Below are positions 8,898 to 18,604 of a stretch of 32,703 nucleotides of DNA, one piece after another (within the stretch, counting starts at the first letter, position 1; every line of letters starts with the position of its first letter). The stretch spans positions 1-32,703 of the IMG/VR virus record IMGVR_UViG_3300011114_000182, one strand, 5' to 3'. The notes beneath the pieces are model-generated. The model was not told the DNA's origin and did no database searches. It was given only the letters and a program-made list of their open reading frames with translations. Origin of the DNA: a virus (Duplodnaviria > Caudoviricetes). A program made the position numbers and the translations under genes.

Positions 8898-8904
8898 GGC
8901 CCCC
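8879..8904 (-). terminator. Rho-independent terminator after major capsid gene
   Basis: GGGGGC-CTTGT-GCCCCC hairpin followed by TTTTCTTTT on minus strand. Confidence 0.8.
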
Positions 8905-8927
8905 ATTCAAATATTTCCTAAGAAATA

Positions 8928-9836
8928 TTAAGCACCGGAAGAACCGTACATGCCCAGAGGGTCAGACCAGCCGAAGCTGTAACGCTCACGAGACTTGTAA
9001 CGAACGTTACCAGTATCAAAATCACCGTCCATAGACTGTGACAAAGGAGTACGCACAAAGTGCTTCATACCGTTAGGAACGTCTGTGGTCAAGAACCAAG
9101 CGTTAGTATCGGTCAAGAAGTGGTTAATGGTAAATCCACCAGGGATAGAACCATTGTTCTTCAATGCGTTGATGTCGTTGTCAGCAGTAGACACACGCAA
9201 TTCAGTCTCAAGCAAGCGAGTTGCCGTGAACTGTAATGCAGGTGGAACAACCAACTTGTTAGGCTTAGCAGCAATCAACAAGCCACGCTCATCTGTCCAC
9301 AAGCTAATCTGAATAACAGCGTTTTCCAACGATGTTTCGTTCAAGTCAGCAGGGGTAGAAGGAACGTTACTGTTAGTACCGCCAGACACCAAGGGGTGTG
9401 CACTAGAGAACAAAGCGACACCATCACCACCAGGATAGGCTGCGCTGAAACCGTTATTCAAAACGGATGCAGCTTTAACCTGCTTGGTGTAAGCCATAGC
9501 GCGGGCCAAAGCTTTCGTGTAACGAGCAGACAGTGAGTCATACAAGTTATCTTCGATAGCCTCTTCAGTCAAGCTGAAGCCCAAAGCAATGGTTTCGTGG
9601 TTGTATCGAGCAGTCCATGCTTCTTGTGCATTGTCATAAGCGATGGCAGAGCCCTCGTTCTTAACAGGTGCAGCGGAGAAACCAGACAGTTTTGTCTCTT
9701 CTTCAAATGAACGCTCAGAGGTCTCTGTTTCGTAGATCTCTTTGTGCTCTTCGCCGTATTTAGCATACTCAAGACCGAACAAAGCGTTCAGACCTGGGAG
9801 CAGCTCTTTCAATAGTTGTGCGCGTGAAATAGCCAT
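8928..9836 (-). CDS. Major capsid protein (Mu gpT-like, HK97 fold)
   Basis: 302 aa MAISRAQLLKELLPGLNALFG...LVVPPAL...AWFL...RERYSFGWSDP; AAGGAG SD; followed by terminator. Confidence 0.88.
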   Translation of the reverse strand: MAISRAQLLKELLPGLNALFGLEYAKYGEEHKEIYETETSERSFEEETKLSGFSAAPVKNEGSAIAYDNAQEAWTARYNHETIALGFSLTEEAIEDNLYDSLSARYTKALARAMAYTKQVKAASVLNNGFSAAYPGGDGVALFSSAHPLVSGGTNSNVPSTPADLNETSLENAVIQISLWTDERGLLIAAKPNKLVVPPALQFTATRLLETELRVSTADNDINALKNNGSIPGGFTINHFLTDTNAWFLTTDVPNGMKHFVRTPLSQSMDGDFDTGNVRYKSRERYSFGWSDPLGMYGSSGA

Positions 9837-9848
9837 GATTTAAGCTCC

Positions 9849-10673
9849 TTATGCTACGTAATAGCGGTGTGCGCCGAAGTTGAACTTAACCAACACTTCG
9901 GGGGTTTCGACCAATACAACAGTACCGACGACTTGGGTTGTTACCGCAGTCACAGTAAGAGTTGTACTACCAGTGGTTGTCACAGTAGAAGCAGCGCTCA
10001 GGGTAGCACCTGTGAACTGCAACTGACCATTTACCAAGTTGAACACATCAGTGCCGATTGGCAAGAAAGTGCCGACTGGCAAACCAGACACAACAACAGA
10101 AGTTGCTGCCGGAGCGCCACCAGACACGTATGTGCTTGATACGCTAACTTGTGTATCGGGAACCAAGTTCAATACACGGAAGCCGCCACCAGAAGCATTA
10201 GCAGACGCACCAACAACAGACATACCACTGTTACCAGTAGATGCAGAGCCAGTTTGTGTGCCGCCAGCCATGTTAGCGCCAACGAGGATTGAAGAAGCTG
10301 AACCAATAGTTGTACCACCAGCGGTAGTAGTAACAGCGACTTTCATCACTTGGTCAGGATCGTCACCAACAATAGCAGTAATGTCACCAGCAGTTACGTT
10401 AGCTGGGTAGTACTGTGAGAATTGACGTTGCTTAGTCGTAGGGTTTGTATAATAGCAACCCAAGAACACGCCAACAGTAGTGTTGGTAGTGCTAACAGGG
10501 TAAGTTGCAATCACAACATAACCAGCAGACAAAGTAACTAAGTCACCATAATACAAAGCGGTGCCATAGTTGTACTGAATAGGTAGGTTACGAGTAGAAC
10601 CCGCAAATACCTGTCCACCGATCAGATTGACCGGTTTAACGCCGTAAGGGGCGTCGATGGTGGGATAAGCCAT
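9849..10673 (-). CDS. Putative minor capsid/decoration protein
   Basis: 274 aa, APYG-x-P...GD-V...GVF-GC-Y...V-DDP pattern; immediately upstream of MCP; AGGAG SD. Confidence 0.55.
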   Translation of the reverse strand: MAYPTIDAPYGVKPVNLIGGQVFAGSTRNLPIQYNYGTALYYGDLVTLSAGYVVIATYPVSTTNTTVGVFLGCYYTNPTTKQRQFSQYYPANVTAGDITAIVGDDPDQVMKVAVTTTAGGTTIGSASSILVGANMAGGTQTGSASTGNSGMSVVGASANASGGGFRVLNLVPDTQVSVSSTYVSGGAPAATSVVVSGLPVGTFLPIGTDVFNLVNGQLQFTGATLSAASTVTTTGSTTLTVTAVTTQVVGTVVLVETPEVLVKFNFGAHRYYVA

Positions 10674-10692
10674 TTAAGACTCCTATAAAGAT

Positions 10693-11142
10693 TTAAGTAC
10701 CTTTGCCAAAGCTACTTGAGGATTTACGCTCTTGGAAGAGTGGCATCCGCGCATCGCTTTGACGCATGAAACTGTTATCTACAGCATCCGTCTGAGCTTG
10801 AGTTTGTTTAGCAAAGTGTTGGCTTCGCTGGGCAACAAAATCAGAAGGAGTTTTGCAAAGTAACAATCCACCAATCTCAATGTTGTCGCGGTAGCGGCTA
10901 TTGGGATCAGCTAACAGTCTAAATTTGGGTTGTTCCTCAAGTGCAACGGGCTCCCAGCCTTCTCGGAGTTTGGCCGATAGGTTACGCGGGTCAGCAGCGT
11001 TTAATGTTGAGACACGAATCCAACGGTAGTTATACCCAGCCTGCTTGTCGGGCTCAGGTAAGATTTCAGGAAGCGCCCACTGCTTAGGACGTTCTTGTAC
11101 CGCACGTGTTTCTAACTCTCTTGTGAGTCTATTTTCAGCCAT
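10693..11142 (-). CDS. Conserved head-module hypothetical protein
   Basis: 149 aa, YRWIR...REGWEPV...GGLLLCK motif; between scaffold and capsid genes. Confidence 0.65.
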   Translation of the reverse strand: MAENRLTRELETRAVQERPKQWALPEILPEPDKQAGYNYRWIRVSTLNAADPRNLSAKLREGWEPVALEEQPKFRLLADPNSRYRDNIEIGGLLLCKTPSDFVAQRSQHFAKQTQAQTDAVDNSFMRQSDARMPLFQERKSSSSFGKGT

Positions 11143-12106
11143 TTTGGGCCTCCACTTTCAGGAATTCCTTAACATATTGTTCAGGAGTAATTCCAAGTTT
11201 TTTGATCGTATTCAACTGGCTCTGCTTGAGTTTCACCTTGTTTGGAGATGTACTTCTAGCTACCGGGGCTACTACTGTGCTAGGTCTTGTTCTAGCAGAC
11301 TCAGTTCTAGCCGTTGATTCATTTGATCTCTGTTGGTTTTGAAAAACCTCTGGAAACCGTTGCCGGATTGTTTTGTCCAATTCCGAATAGTATTCATCCG
11401 AGCCAACTGGAACTCCGTTGTCTTTTAGGTCTTCGTGAACACCTAAAGCATAAGCGGTCATCCCTCTGTTTTGACCAAACCACCTGTTGCGGGTTTGCCA
11501 ATCTTCAGCCCTGTTGTCAGGCTTAGGAACAGATTGTCGTTGCTCTTGACGCGGTTGTACTTCAAATTCTTCCTCTTGTAAAGGGGGTAACTTAAAGTTT
11601 TTTACCTGCATTATTTTGTAGTTGGCACTTTGTAAAGCCTGCTGAGCCTCAATGATCTTGTCAGTATCACCGGCGTCATACGCTTCACGGTATGCCCTCT
11701 TTGCCATTTCCAACTCCATGTTGGCGGCATTTTGAACAGTAGCAACGTATTCTTTCTCACCATTTGTAAGAATGTTTTTAATACGTTTGTTTTCTTGCAA
11801 CAGACGTTGGGCAACGTTTAAAGCTTCTTGCTGCTCACGCAGTGCAGATTCTTTTTCACGGCGCTCGTCGTGCCAGACTTTACGCATCTGTTTAAGCTTG
11901 TTTTTGACTTCCTCGTCATACTTGTCAAGCTCATCTTTCTCTAGTTCTTCAACCAGAGGTTTAGGCATCGGCTCACGGCCACGATCCTGAGCAGGGGTAT
12001 CGTCTTCTATCTCGTACTCAAACTCAGGTTCTTTACCTTCGGGTTTATCCTTAGTTTCTGAAGTTTCATCAGGAAACTTAAATTCTTCTTTATCAAATTC
12101 AGGCAT
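11135..12106 (-). CDS. Putative capsid scaffolding protein
   Basis: 323 aa: acidic N-terminus, long coiled coil, C-terminal KKLGITPEQY helix; position between portal and MCP. Confidence 0.6.
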   Translation of the reverse strand: MPEFDKEEFKFPDETSETKDKPEGKEPEFEYEIEDDTPAQDRGREPMPKPLVEELEKDELDKYDEEVKNKLKQMRKVWHDERREKESALREQQEALNVAQRLLQENKRIKNILTNGEKEYVATVQNAANMELEMAKRAYREAYDAGDTDKIIEAQQALQSANYKIMQVKNFKLPPLQEEEFEVQPRQEQRQSVPKPDNRAEDWQTRNRWFGQNRGMTAYALGVHEDLKDNGVPVGSDEYYSELDKTIRQRFPEVFQNQQRSNESTARTESARTRPSTVVAPVARSTSPNKVKLKQSQLNTIKKLGITPEQYVKEFLKVEAQNG

Positions 12107-12117
12107 TTTGTACTCCT

Positions 12118-12546
12118 TTATTTGCGTTTAATACCACGGGGATCATCAACAGTGCCCTCTACGGAGTCATCATTAATGATACGGAACTCTCGACCATGAA
12201 TCACCAAGCGGGTTCCCGCATGAGGACGCACAAGAACGAAATCGCCTTTTTGACAATACGCGCCATTTGGGAAGCGTGCAGAGTCTTTGTAGCAGTCTGG
12301 GCCCATATCAACAACAAACAAGACGGTTGTGAGTGTCTCTTCATTGCGCATGGTTTCGTCTGCTTTGATTAAACCAATCTCGCTGTCTTCAAATTGTTTT
12401 TCCGCTTCCGGAATTGCGCAAAGAATTCGATAGCCAGATGGTTTTGGTAGTTGTTTGCCCTTTTCCTCTGCGGTAGCAGTGAAGTTGTAGGCTCCGACAA
12501 CTTGCGGGTTGTTGGCGTCTGTAGCCAACAGGATGGAACTAGTCAT
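12118..12546 (-). CDS. groES: Co-chaperonin GroES-like protein
   Basis: KPSGYRIL, GLI mobile loop, V-MGP, KGDFVL...AGT...GREFRIINDDSV match Cpn10 pattern. Confidence 0.8.
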   Translation of the reverse strand: MTSSILLATDANNPQVVGAYNFTATAEEKGKQLPKPSGYRILCAIPEAEKQFEDSEIGLIKADETMRNEETLTTVLFVVDMGPDCYKDSARFPNGAYCQKGDFVLVRPHAGTRLVIHGREFRIINDDSVEGTVDDPRGIKRK

Positions 12547-12727
12547 CCGCGTTCTCCATGGTTTGTTGCAGGTCTAGTGCATATCCTCGTGCAGTGAGCA
12601 GACCCTTGATCTCACCACAGAGTTTCTTGTACTCCTCAAAATTTTCTACCCGGCCTTCGGCTAAGTAGTCTCTGAGTTGAGCAACCTTCTCGTCAGATTG
12701 CTTTACCAGTACTTCAATAATGTCCAT
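12539..12727 (-). CDS. Small helical hypothetical protein
   Basis: 62 aa, EEYKKLCGEIKGL; coupled to portal stop. Confidence 0.65.
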   Translation of the reverse strand: MDIIEVLVKQSDEKVAQLRDYLAEGRVENFEEYKKLCGEIKGLLTARGYALDLQQTMENADD

Positions 12728-15255
12728 TACTCTTCCTTAGTTACAGGTGTTTCACGTTTCTTGTTCAAGACTGCTTGTAGCCCTTGACTCAAGTGATTGC
12801 GTTCTTGTTGCTTACTTTGATACTCGTGATCTCGGTCTTTAAGAGATTTAGCTTGTTGTTTGTCAGACAAATGTTTGAGCACATCAACGCCAAGGTTCAA
12901 CATACTTTCTTGTTTGTCGTTCTGCATCTGCGTCACGGTTTTAATCGCATCAACTTTCTGACGCTGTGCCTCAAGCTGCAACTGCTCTTGTTTGATCTGC
13001 ACATCAGCTTGATCTTTAGCCACCTTGCGCTGCAAGTCGCCTTGTTTGATCTGCAACTCTTGTTGTTGCAATTGCACCAACGGATCTTGTGCTTGCTTCT
13101 GTGCTTGTTGCTGAGCTTGTTGCTGCATGTTAGAAGCCAACAGGCGTTGTGACGCTTGTGCCAGCAGGGGAGCCAACCGCGCTTCGACTTCGGGATCCAT
13201 GTTGATGTCTTCGCCAGCCTCGTCTTTTTGTGGAGGCAAACTCATACCCAACTGTTGCTCAATCTGTTTGCGATACTCAAAGCCTAAGTGCTCGTTAACG
13301 TGCGCCATCATTGCAGCTTGTAACTGCTGCGCCATCGGGTTGTTCTGCAAGAGAGACATGATCTTGGGATCTTGCATCGCCGACATGTGCACCATGATGT
13401 GTGCTTGGTGATCTTGATACATGAATGCCTTGACTGGCTTCATCATCAACACGTTCTGGTTCTCGGACACTGGATCTGTAGGCTTTTGGTCTTCTTCCAT
13501 CGGCACAAGTTTTGACGCATCTTTAATACCTAACACATCTAACATCTGACGATGCAGGAGTGGCATGTTGTAAAGCTGTGGTGACTGCTGCGCCAACTGC
13601 ATAACTGCTTGGTACTGCACAATCTTTTGCGCCATGGTTGACGCATTTGGATCACTAACTGGTATCACATCCACGTTGTCGTAGTCGCTACGCTTAGCTT
13701 TGCGTGAACCTTCGGTGGGCTGGTAGTTGTAGTCCTCTGGCGTATACGCAGCAATGATGCCTTTTAAGAGTTTCAACTCTTGTTTCATTGAGTAGTGAAT
13801 ACGTGCTTGCACAGCGCTCATCACTTTAAGTGTGCGTTCCAAAATAGCCAGTGTTGTACCAACTGGGGCATTAGCCGACATATCACTGATCTGCAAATCA
13901 GCAGTATTGGCAAAGCGGCGACCCTCATCCACGATCTGACCCAGCAAAGCCATCAATGTCTGGCTAGGTTCTTTGTATGGAAGTGGCAACAAGTTGTCGC
14001 GGATCGTACCGCTAGGCACATCCACATCACGCCACTCACCGGGAGAAATAGGTGTATCGTCTCCCTTAACACGCAGACCTCGGGCTTTAAAGCCACCGGG
14101 TAAGTTGCTTAGAGTACCAGCATCAACAAGCTGACGAATAAGAGAAGTGCCTGACTTAGCAAAAGCCCCGATAAGGTGTATGAGGCCAAAGTAATAGAAG
14201 CCAAATCCAGGAACGTATCCATAGTGGACATAGTGCTGTCGTTTTTGATAGGTCTCATCATCAGGCTCCCAGTTGCGGCGCACGGCCAAAACTTTGCTTG
14301 AACCTTTCTCAACGGTCACGATGTATGGCAACTTAATGCCAGTTTTCTTACCGTCTTCTTCATGCTCGTAACCGGGCAAGTCAAGGTCAACACTCATCTC
14401 AAGAAGTTTGTAGCGGTTGTCTGACGTGGCTCTAAAGCCCATCTTCTCCGCAATCTTCTTCTCAACTTCGTCCAGCACATTGTCTGGATCGCCTAAGTCA
14501 ATATCACGATAAAAGCCAGCCACTTGCAAGCGGCGTAGCTCATTCTCTGTCTTGCGCATTACATGAGTGACACGTTCAGACGTCTCTAAATTACTTGCAC
14601 CGTATGGCACAACTAAATCTTCCGCAGGCACAAACAAAGAGACCTGACGATCCATGTGAGGGTCAAAGTACACTTTCTTAAACGCATTACCTGACAGACC
14701 CAAGCCCCACAACATGCGCTCATGCTCAGGGCGGAACTCAGTCATCACGTCCGTTAACTGAAAGTTCATATCATCTTGCACACGAACAGCAGCGGCTTTT
14801 TTCTCTGGTGTTTCTTTACCAATAATCTGAGTCTTCACGGGCCCAGCGGCAGGGAACGTACTCATCATAGTTTCGGCTTGAAACTTCACAAGCGCTTCTG
14901 ACAACAGGGGGTGATACACGCCGCATGCGCCTTCCCATGGCTCGGTGCGCTCCTCGATCTTCATACCCAAGAGTTCTAGACCATCTACATAAGTCTGCAT
15001 CCAGTCTTTGCGGCTACCAACGTCATCGTCAAAATCACTGGCTAACTCACTGGCAAGTTCCTCAAGCACATCCTCACCCAAGTACTCAGCCAAGTTGTCG
15101 TCAAACGAGTCATCCTTATCAGAAGCTTTAGGATTAAGATCAATTTCTAACTCAGTTATCTCAATCTCAGGCTCCATCTCAATTTCAATCATCGGCTCTT
15201 CCGTCAGAGCGTCGAGTCCTTGCGGTGCTTGGTACAGTGCTTTATCTATAGCCAT
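12727..15255 (-). CDS. Portal protein (P22-like, Q-rich C-terminal coiled coil)
   Basis: 842 aa directly after TerL; G-AFKKVY-D, PAEDLVVP, GFYYFGLIH motifs; long Q-rich helical tail. Confidence 0.85.
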   Translation of the reverse strand: MAIDKALYQAPQGLDALTEEPMIEIEMEPEIEITELEIDLNPKASDKDDSFDDNLAEYLGEDVLEELASELASDFDDDVGSRKDWMQTYVDGLELLGMKIEERTEPWEGACGVYHPLLSEALVKFQAETMMSTFPAAGPVKTQIIGKETPEKKAAAVRVQDDMNFQLTDVMTEFRPEHERMLWGLGLSGNAFKKVYFDPHMDRQVSLFVPAEDLVVPYGASNLETSERVTHVMRKTENELRRLQVAGFYRDIDLGDPDNVLDEVEKKIAEKMGFRATSDNRYKLLEMSVDLDLPGYEHEEDGKKTGIKLPYIVTVEKGSSKVLAVRRNWEPDDETYQKRQHYVHYGYVPGFGFYYFGLIHLIGAFAKSGTSLIRQLVDAGTLSNLPGGFKARGLRVKGDDTPISPGEWRDVDVPSGTIRDNLLPLPYKEPSQTLMALLGQIVDEGRRFANTADLQISDMSANAPVGTTLAILERTLKVMSAVQARIHYSMKQELKLLKGIIAAYTPEDYNYQPTEGSRKAKRSDYDNVDVIPVSDPNASTMAQKIVQYQAVMQLAQQSPQLYNMPLLHRQMLDVLGIKDASKLVPMEEDQKPTDPVSENQNVLMMKPVKAFMYQDHQAHIMVHMSAMQDPKIMSLLQNNPMAQQLQAAMMAHVNEHLGFEYRKQIEQQLGMSLPPQKDEAGEDINMDPEVEARLAPLLAQASQRLLASNMQQQAQQQAQKQAQDPLVQLQQQELQIKQGDLQRKVAKDQADVQIKQEQLQLEAQRQKVDAIKTVTQMQNDKQESMLNLGVDVLKHLSDKQQAKSLKDRDHEYQSKQQERNHLSQGLQAVLNKKRETPVTKEE

Positions 15256-15264
15256 GTCTGATCC

Positions 15265-16776
15265 TTAATAGTACGGCTCTTTCCTGCGGAATTGCCGTGG
15301 TTCATCTTCTTCATCGGACTCTAGCCTAATAAAGCCGCCACGTCTATAACGTATCAGCGCTTGTGACATGGAGTCCACCATGTCGTCGTGTTCTCCGGAT
15401 GGGAAACTTGCAACCTCTTCTACAAGTTCTTCCGCCCAGCTAGTGTTTGGAACCCACACCATTCCCGACGCAAATATGTCAGACACCGAGTTTAACCGCG
15501 CTATCTTGTCGTTACCTTTAGTAGGCGTAAATTCTTGCACGGGTATACCCATCGCACGAAGCTCAAAGATTAGTGGAGAGCCCGCAGCTTTTGCTTCAAC
15601 AATCAGCGTATCTGGGTTCCATTCTTTGTATTCTTGCTGCGCTCGCTGTTTTAACTCAGGAAACTCCATCCGAGCTTTGAACGCATTGAGCAAAATAACG
15701 TTTGCCCTGTTTATCCCCGTAGCATCAGGCTTATAGAACACGCCCCACGTTGTGCACGCAGAATAGTCCGAGCGTTCTGTCTTTAAAAATGCCGTATCCC
15801 AAGACTGAATGACAAATTCACAGAAAGGTGGGTCATCATCTGGCCAAATCTGCCACCACTCCCGCTTAATAATGGCGGATACGTCCGAAGTGGGCTGCTG
15901 CATGTACTGCGCCATCCACTTTCCATTAGGAAGTTCCTCTTTTAGCGCGGAAAGTTCTTTTAGCGACCAAAACTGAGGCCATAAGGGTTTACCCGAAGGT
16001 AGGATAGCCGGGAAATCAATTACTTCCCACTCTTCACCACTCCTTTGAGCAGCCGCTTTCAACACTTGACCCGTCAAATCCTTCTTTGACCATCTAGTCA
16101 TCACAACTACGATAGCTCCGCCCGGCTGGAGACGCTGACGAGGGCCAGATGTGTACCACTCATACGTCTTGTCGTAGATTTCTGGGTTAGTTTCGCTTAG
16201 TGCTGCCTCTTGCTCGGAGTGAGGGTCATCAATAATGAGCAAATCAGCACCTTTACCAGTAACAGCACCGCCAACACCGATAGCAAAGTAATCACCGCCG
16301 TAATTTGTAGCCCAACGACCAGCCGCTTTAGAGTCAGACTGGAGCGCAACGTCTGGAAATATGTCTTTATAGGCATCTGAGTCCACCAAGTTACGTACTT
16401 TTCGGCCAAAACCCACCGCTAACTCAGCAGTGTGGCTGGTCTGAATGATCTTTTTGCCCGGATACATCCCCAAAAACCAACTTGGCAAAAGATATGAGGC
16501 AAATTCCGACTTGGTATGGCGGGGCGGCATGTTAATAATAAGCCTTTTGACCTCACCACGGGCTACTCGCTCAAATGCACGGGCCATTTTCTCGTGATGC
16601 CTGCCGTGAATGAAGCTTGGCCACACGTAATTGACGTACGCCATGAAGTCGTTTGCCGCTTTTTGCTTCGTAACTGCTTTCCTAGCCTCGGCAATAAGCT
16701 GGCCTACCTTCTGCTGGGCGGCATCTGGCAGGTTTGGGAGAAGTTTTTCCGCTTCAATCAGCAGCTTCGGATCCAT
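15265..16776 (-). CDS. terL: Terminase large subunit
   Basis: Walker A-like MPPRHTKS, Walker B LLIIDDP, coupling motif MTRW, RNase H-like nuclease SWDTA ... HDDMVDS. Confidence 0.93.
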   Translation of the reverse strand: MDPKLLIEAEKLLPNLPDAAQQKVGQLIAEARKAVTKQKAANDFMAYVNYVWPSFIHGRHHEKMARAFERVARGEVKRLIINMPPRHTKSEFASYLLPSWFLGMYPGKKIIQTSHTAELAVGFGRKVRNLVDSDAYKDIFPDVALQSDSKAAGRWATNYGGDYFAIGVGGAVTGKGADLLIIDDPHSEQEAALSETNPEIYDKTYEWYTSGPRQRLQPGGAIVVVMTRWSKKDLTGQVLKAAAQRSGEEWEVIDFPAILPSGKPLWPQFWSLKELSALKEELPNGKWMAQYMQQPTSDVSAIIKREWWQIWPDDDPPFCEFVIQSWDTAFLKTERSDYSACTTWGVFYKPDATGINRANVILLNAFKARMEFPELKQRAQQEYKEWNPDTLIVEAKAAGSPLIFELRAMGIPVQEFTPTKGNDKIARLNSVSDIFASGMVWVPNTSWAEELVEEVASFPSGEHDDMVDSMSQALIRYRRGGFIRLESDEEDEPRQFRRKEPYY

Positions 16777-17341
16777 CTGATCTTCCTAGTTCTTCGTCCA
16801 AGTCCATGTCGCCAATGCTCTTAGGCGCATCTTTAGCTTCCACATCTATTACTGGGCTGCCATATAAAGCCAGTGTTTTGCGCAGTTCAGACTCAATATC
16901 TACCACCGTGCGGTGAGTAACAGTTACATCAATCTTCTCACTGAACAGACCAACAGAGCCAATCCTGCCCAAATTCTCCAGTGCCCGCATGCGCTGCTTG
17001 GGGTCTGGATCCACGGATTCCGCTATTAATTTATTAGTTATGTAGTTACGCAGACGACGCTGCACGTCTAAAACCTCCTGATCCCATTCTGTCAGGATGG
17101 CTTCAAGATTTAATATGGTTCCGGGGGTCAGGTCTTTTGCAGGGGGTAACTTCTTCGACGCCATTATCTGGTGCGATTCCATTTTGTCCTGCTGGGTAAT
17201 ATCAATCTCTAAACCCTGTTTAGTGAGGGCTTCGATTGTCTTGAAATAGGCATGCGCTTTTTCCCGAAAAGACTCTATCTCTTCAGGTGTAGTGTCAAAT
17301 GGGAGTGGGATCCCAACTTCTGGCGTAGCAATAATTGGCAT
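16754..17341 (-). CDS. Probable terminase small subunit
   Basis: 195 aa directly upstream of and overlapping terL; RMRALENLGRI..VGLFSEKIDV resembles TerS C-terminal motif. Confidence 0.55.
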   Translation of the reverse strand: MPIIATPEVGIPLPFDTTPEEIESFREKAHAYFKTIEALTKQGLEIDITQQDKMESHQIMASKKLPPAKDLTPGTILNLEAILTEWDQEVLDVQRRLRNYITNKLIAESVDPDPKQRMRALENLGRIGSVGLFSEKIDVTVTHRTVVDIESELRKTLALYGSPVIDVEAKDAPKSIGDMDLDEELGRSDGSEAAD

Positions 17342-17449
17342 AAGCGGTTTGTGGCTCCTGCGTTTAAATGGGGTTGGCGGCTAGGAACTCCTGACCCGAC
17401 GCGGTGCTTGGAAGTGTCTCCAAACCCTATGCGCTTAACCAACAAGCAA

Positions 17450-17477
17450 AGTGTACAGTGTTTTCAAAATTTTGCAA
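17450..17477 (-). promoter_or_regulatory. Candidate promoter of the leftward structural operon
   Basis: Minus strand TTGCAA-16 bp-TACACT about 110 bp upstream of the 17341 start. Confidence 0.4.
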
Positions 17478-17811
17478 ATATTGGGGTGGGGGGTAGCGAA
17501 ATAAAAAGGTGACGGGGGGTGTTCCTATAGAACCGGCAATAAGTACTTCGGAAATGTTAGGTGTAAAGATCTTTTGGTATCTCTTGTTCCGGTTATTAAC
17601 TCTGCACTGTGTAGTTGTTGTGGTATGTCTTTATGCGGTACGACTACCATACGTGTTGTAAGTAGAGTGCGCGCACGTTACGAATTTCAAAATGTATATA
17701 TCGGACGTGCATATTAATATGTAGGATCGGAGGGCGGAGTCCCAACTGGTATTTTGGGGGGTGGGGTGTTCTTAATAAGCTGGAAAATATTAACTCTGTT
17801 AATAAAATGCT

Positions 17812-17839
17812 TTGAATTATTAACACTATGGGGTAATAT
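17812..17839 (+). promoter_or_regulatory. Candidate early promoter
   Basis: TTGAAT-16 bp-TAATAT in AT-rich DNA about 50 bp before 17891; palindrome copy at 17790 just upstream and a half-site TATTAACAC in the spacer. Confidence 0.35.
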
Positions 17840-17890
17840 AGAACTGTCCTAACAAGACATTCACATTAACTTTAATTAACGGAGAGATAT

Positions 17891-18418
17891 ATGACAAACA
17901 CAAACACACAAACCGCTTCTTATGAATCAACAGTAACCGCTTGCACAAATGCGGTTCGCAATGATATTAACACTGTTAATAAATGGCAACTGGCGGGTTC
18001 TGAAGTGCGGGCTTTTTTTGGGTCTGAAAATGCAATGCTTGAAGTAAAAGCGCAATTCATTGCAGACGCAATATTACCCGCATTAGACAAGAAGCATATA
18101 AAAGCTTTAAACACTGAATTACCTCGCAAAAACTCAAAAGAGTTTAATGCATTAGATGCGGGTCAACGCGACACATGGGAATATGTGTATCAGGCTAAAA
18201 AAGACGCAAGGTCAACATGCGACACATATTTCACCCGCATTGTGGGCTATGCTTTCCCAAAAGATAAAAAGGAAAGTGAAGTAACAAGCTTGAAAACCAA
18301 AATTCAAGTGCAGATTGCGGACTTGATCAAGAAGTGCGAAAAGTCAACCGATGCAGACTTTGACCTTGTTGAAACCACAAAAGCATTGCAAGCTGTATTA
18401 ACACTTGTTAATAAGTGA
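17891..18418 (+). CDS. First early gene, hypothetical helical protein
   Basis: 175 aa; GGAG SD; followed by terminator. Confidence 0.75.
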   Translation: MTNTNTQTASYESTVTACTNAVRNDINTVNKWQLAGSEVRAFFGSENAMLEVKAQFIADAILPALDKKHIKALNTELPRKNSKEFNALDAGQRDTWEYVYQAKKDARSTCDTYFTRIVGYAFPKDKKESEVTSLKTKIQVQIADLIKKCEKSTDADFDLVETTKALQAVLTLVNK

Positions 18419-18437
18419 TCAGGCAACTGACTGAATC

Positions 18438-18460
18438 AGCCCACTTCGGTGGGCTTTTTC
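18438..18460 (+). terminator. Rho-independent terminator
   Basis: AGCCCAC-TTCG-GTGGGCT hairpin (cUUCGg loop) then T-tract. Confidence 0.85.
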
Positions 18461-18591
18461 TTTGTCTCGATTTTTGTTCCAACCTTTTTATGATAGTAGC
18501 AAGGGGGATGATGATGATGTTGTTAACAGATGTTAATACGAAAGTATTCTGTTCCGCTTGTTCCGCAATGTTCCGTTCGACTGGAACACAG

Positions 18592-18604
18592 CAAGTCGTT
18601 GATT
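18592..18604 (-). promoter_or_regulatory. IHF consensus site
   Basis: Minus strand AATCAA-CGAC-TTG = WATCAANNNNTTR. Confidence 0.55.

Noticed and set aside
7-17317. Plus-strand ORFs in the structural arm
   Set aside because: Antisense shadows of contiguous, SD-equipped minus-strand genes
17483-17520. G-quadruplex
   Set aside because: Only three good G-tracts close together; insufficient support
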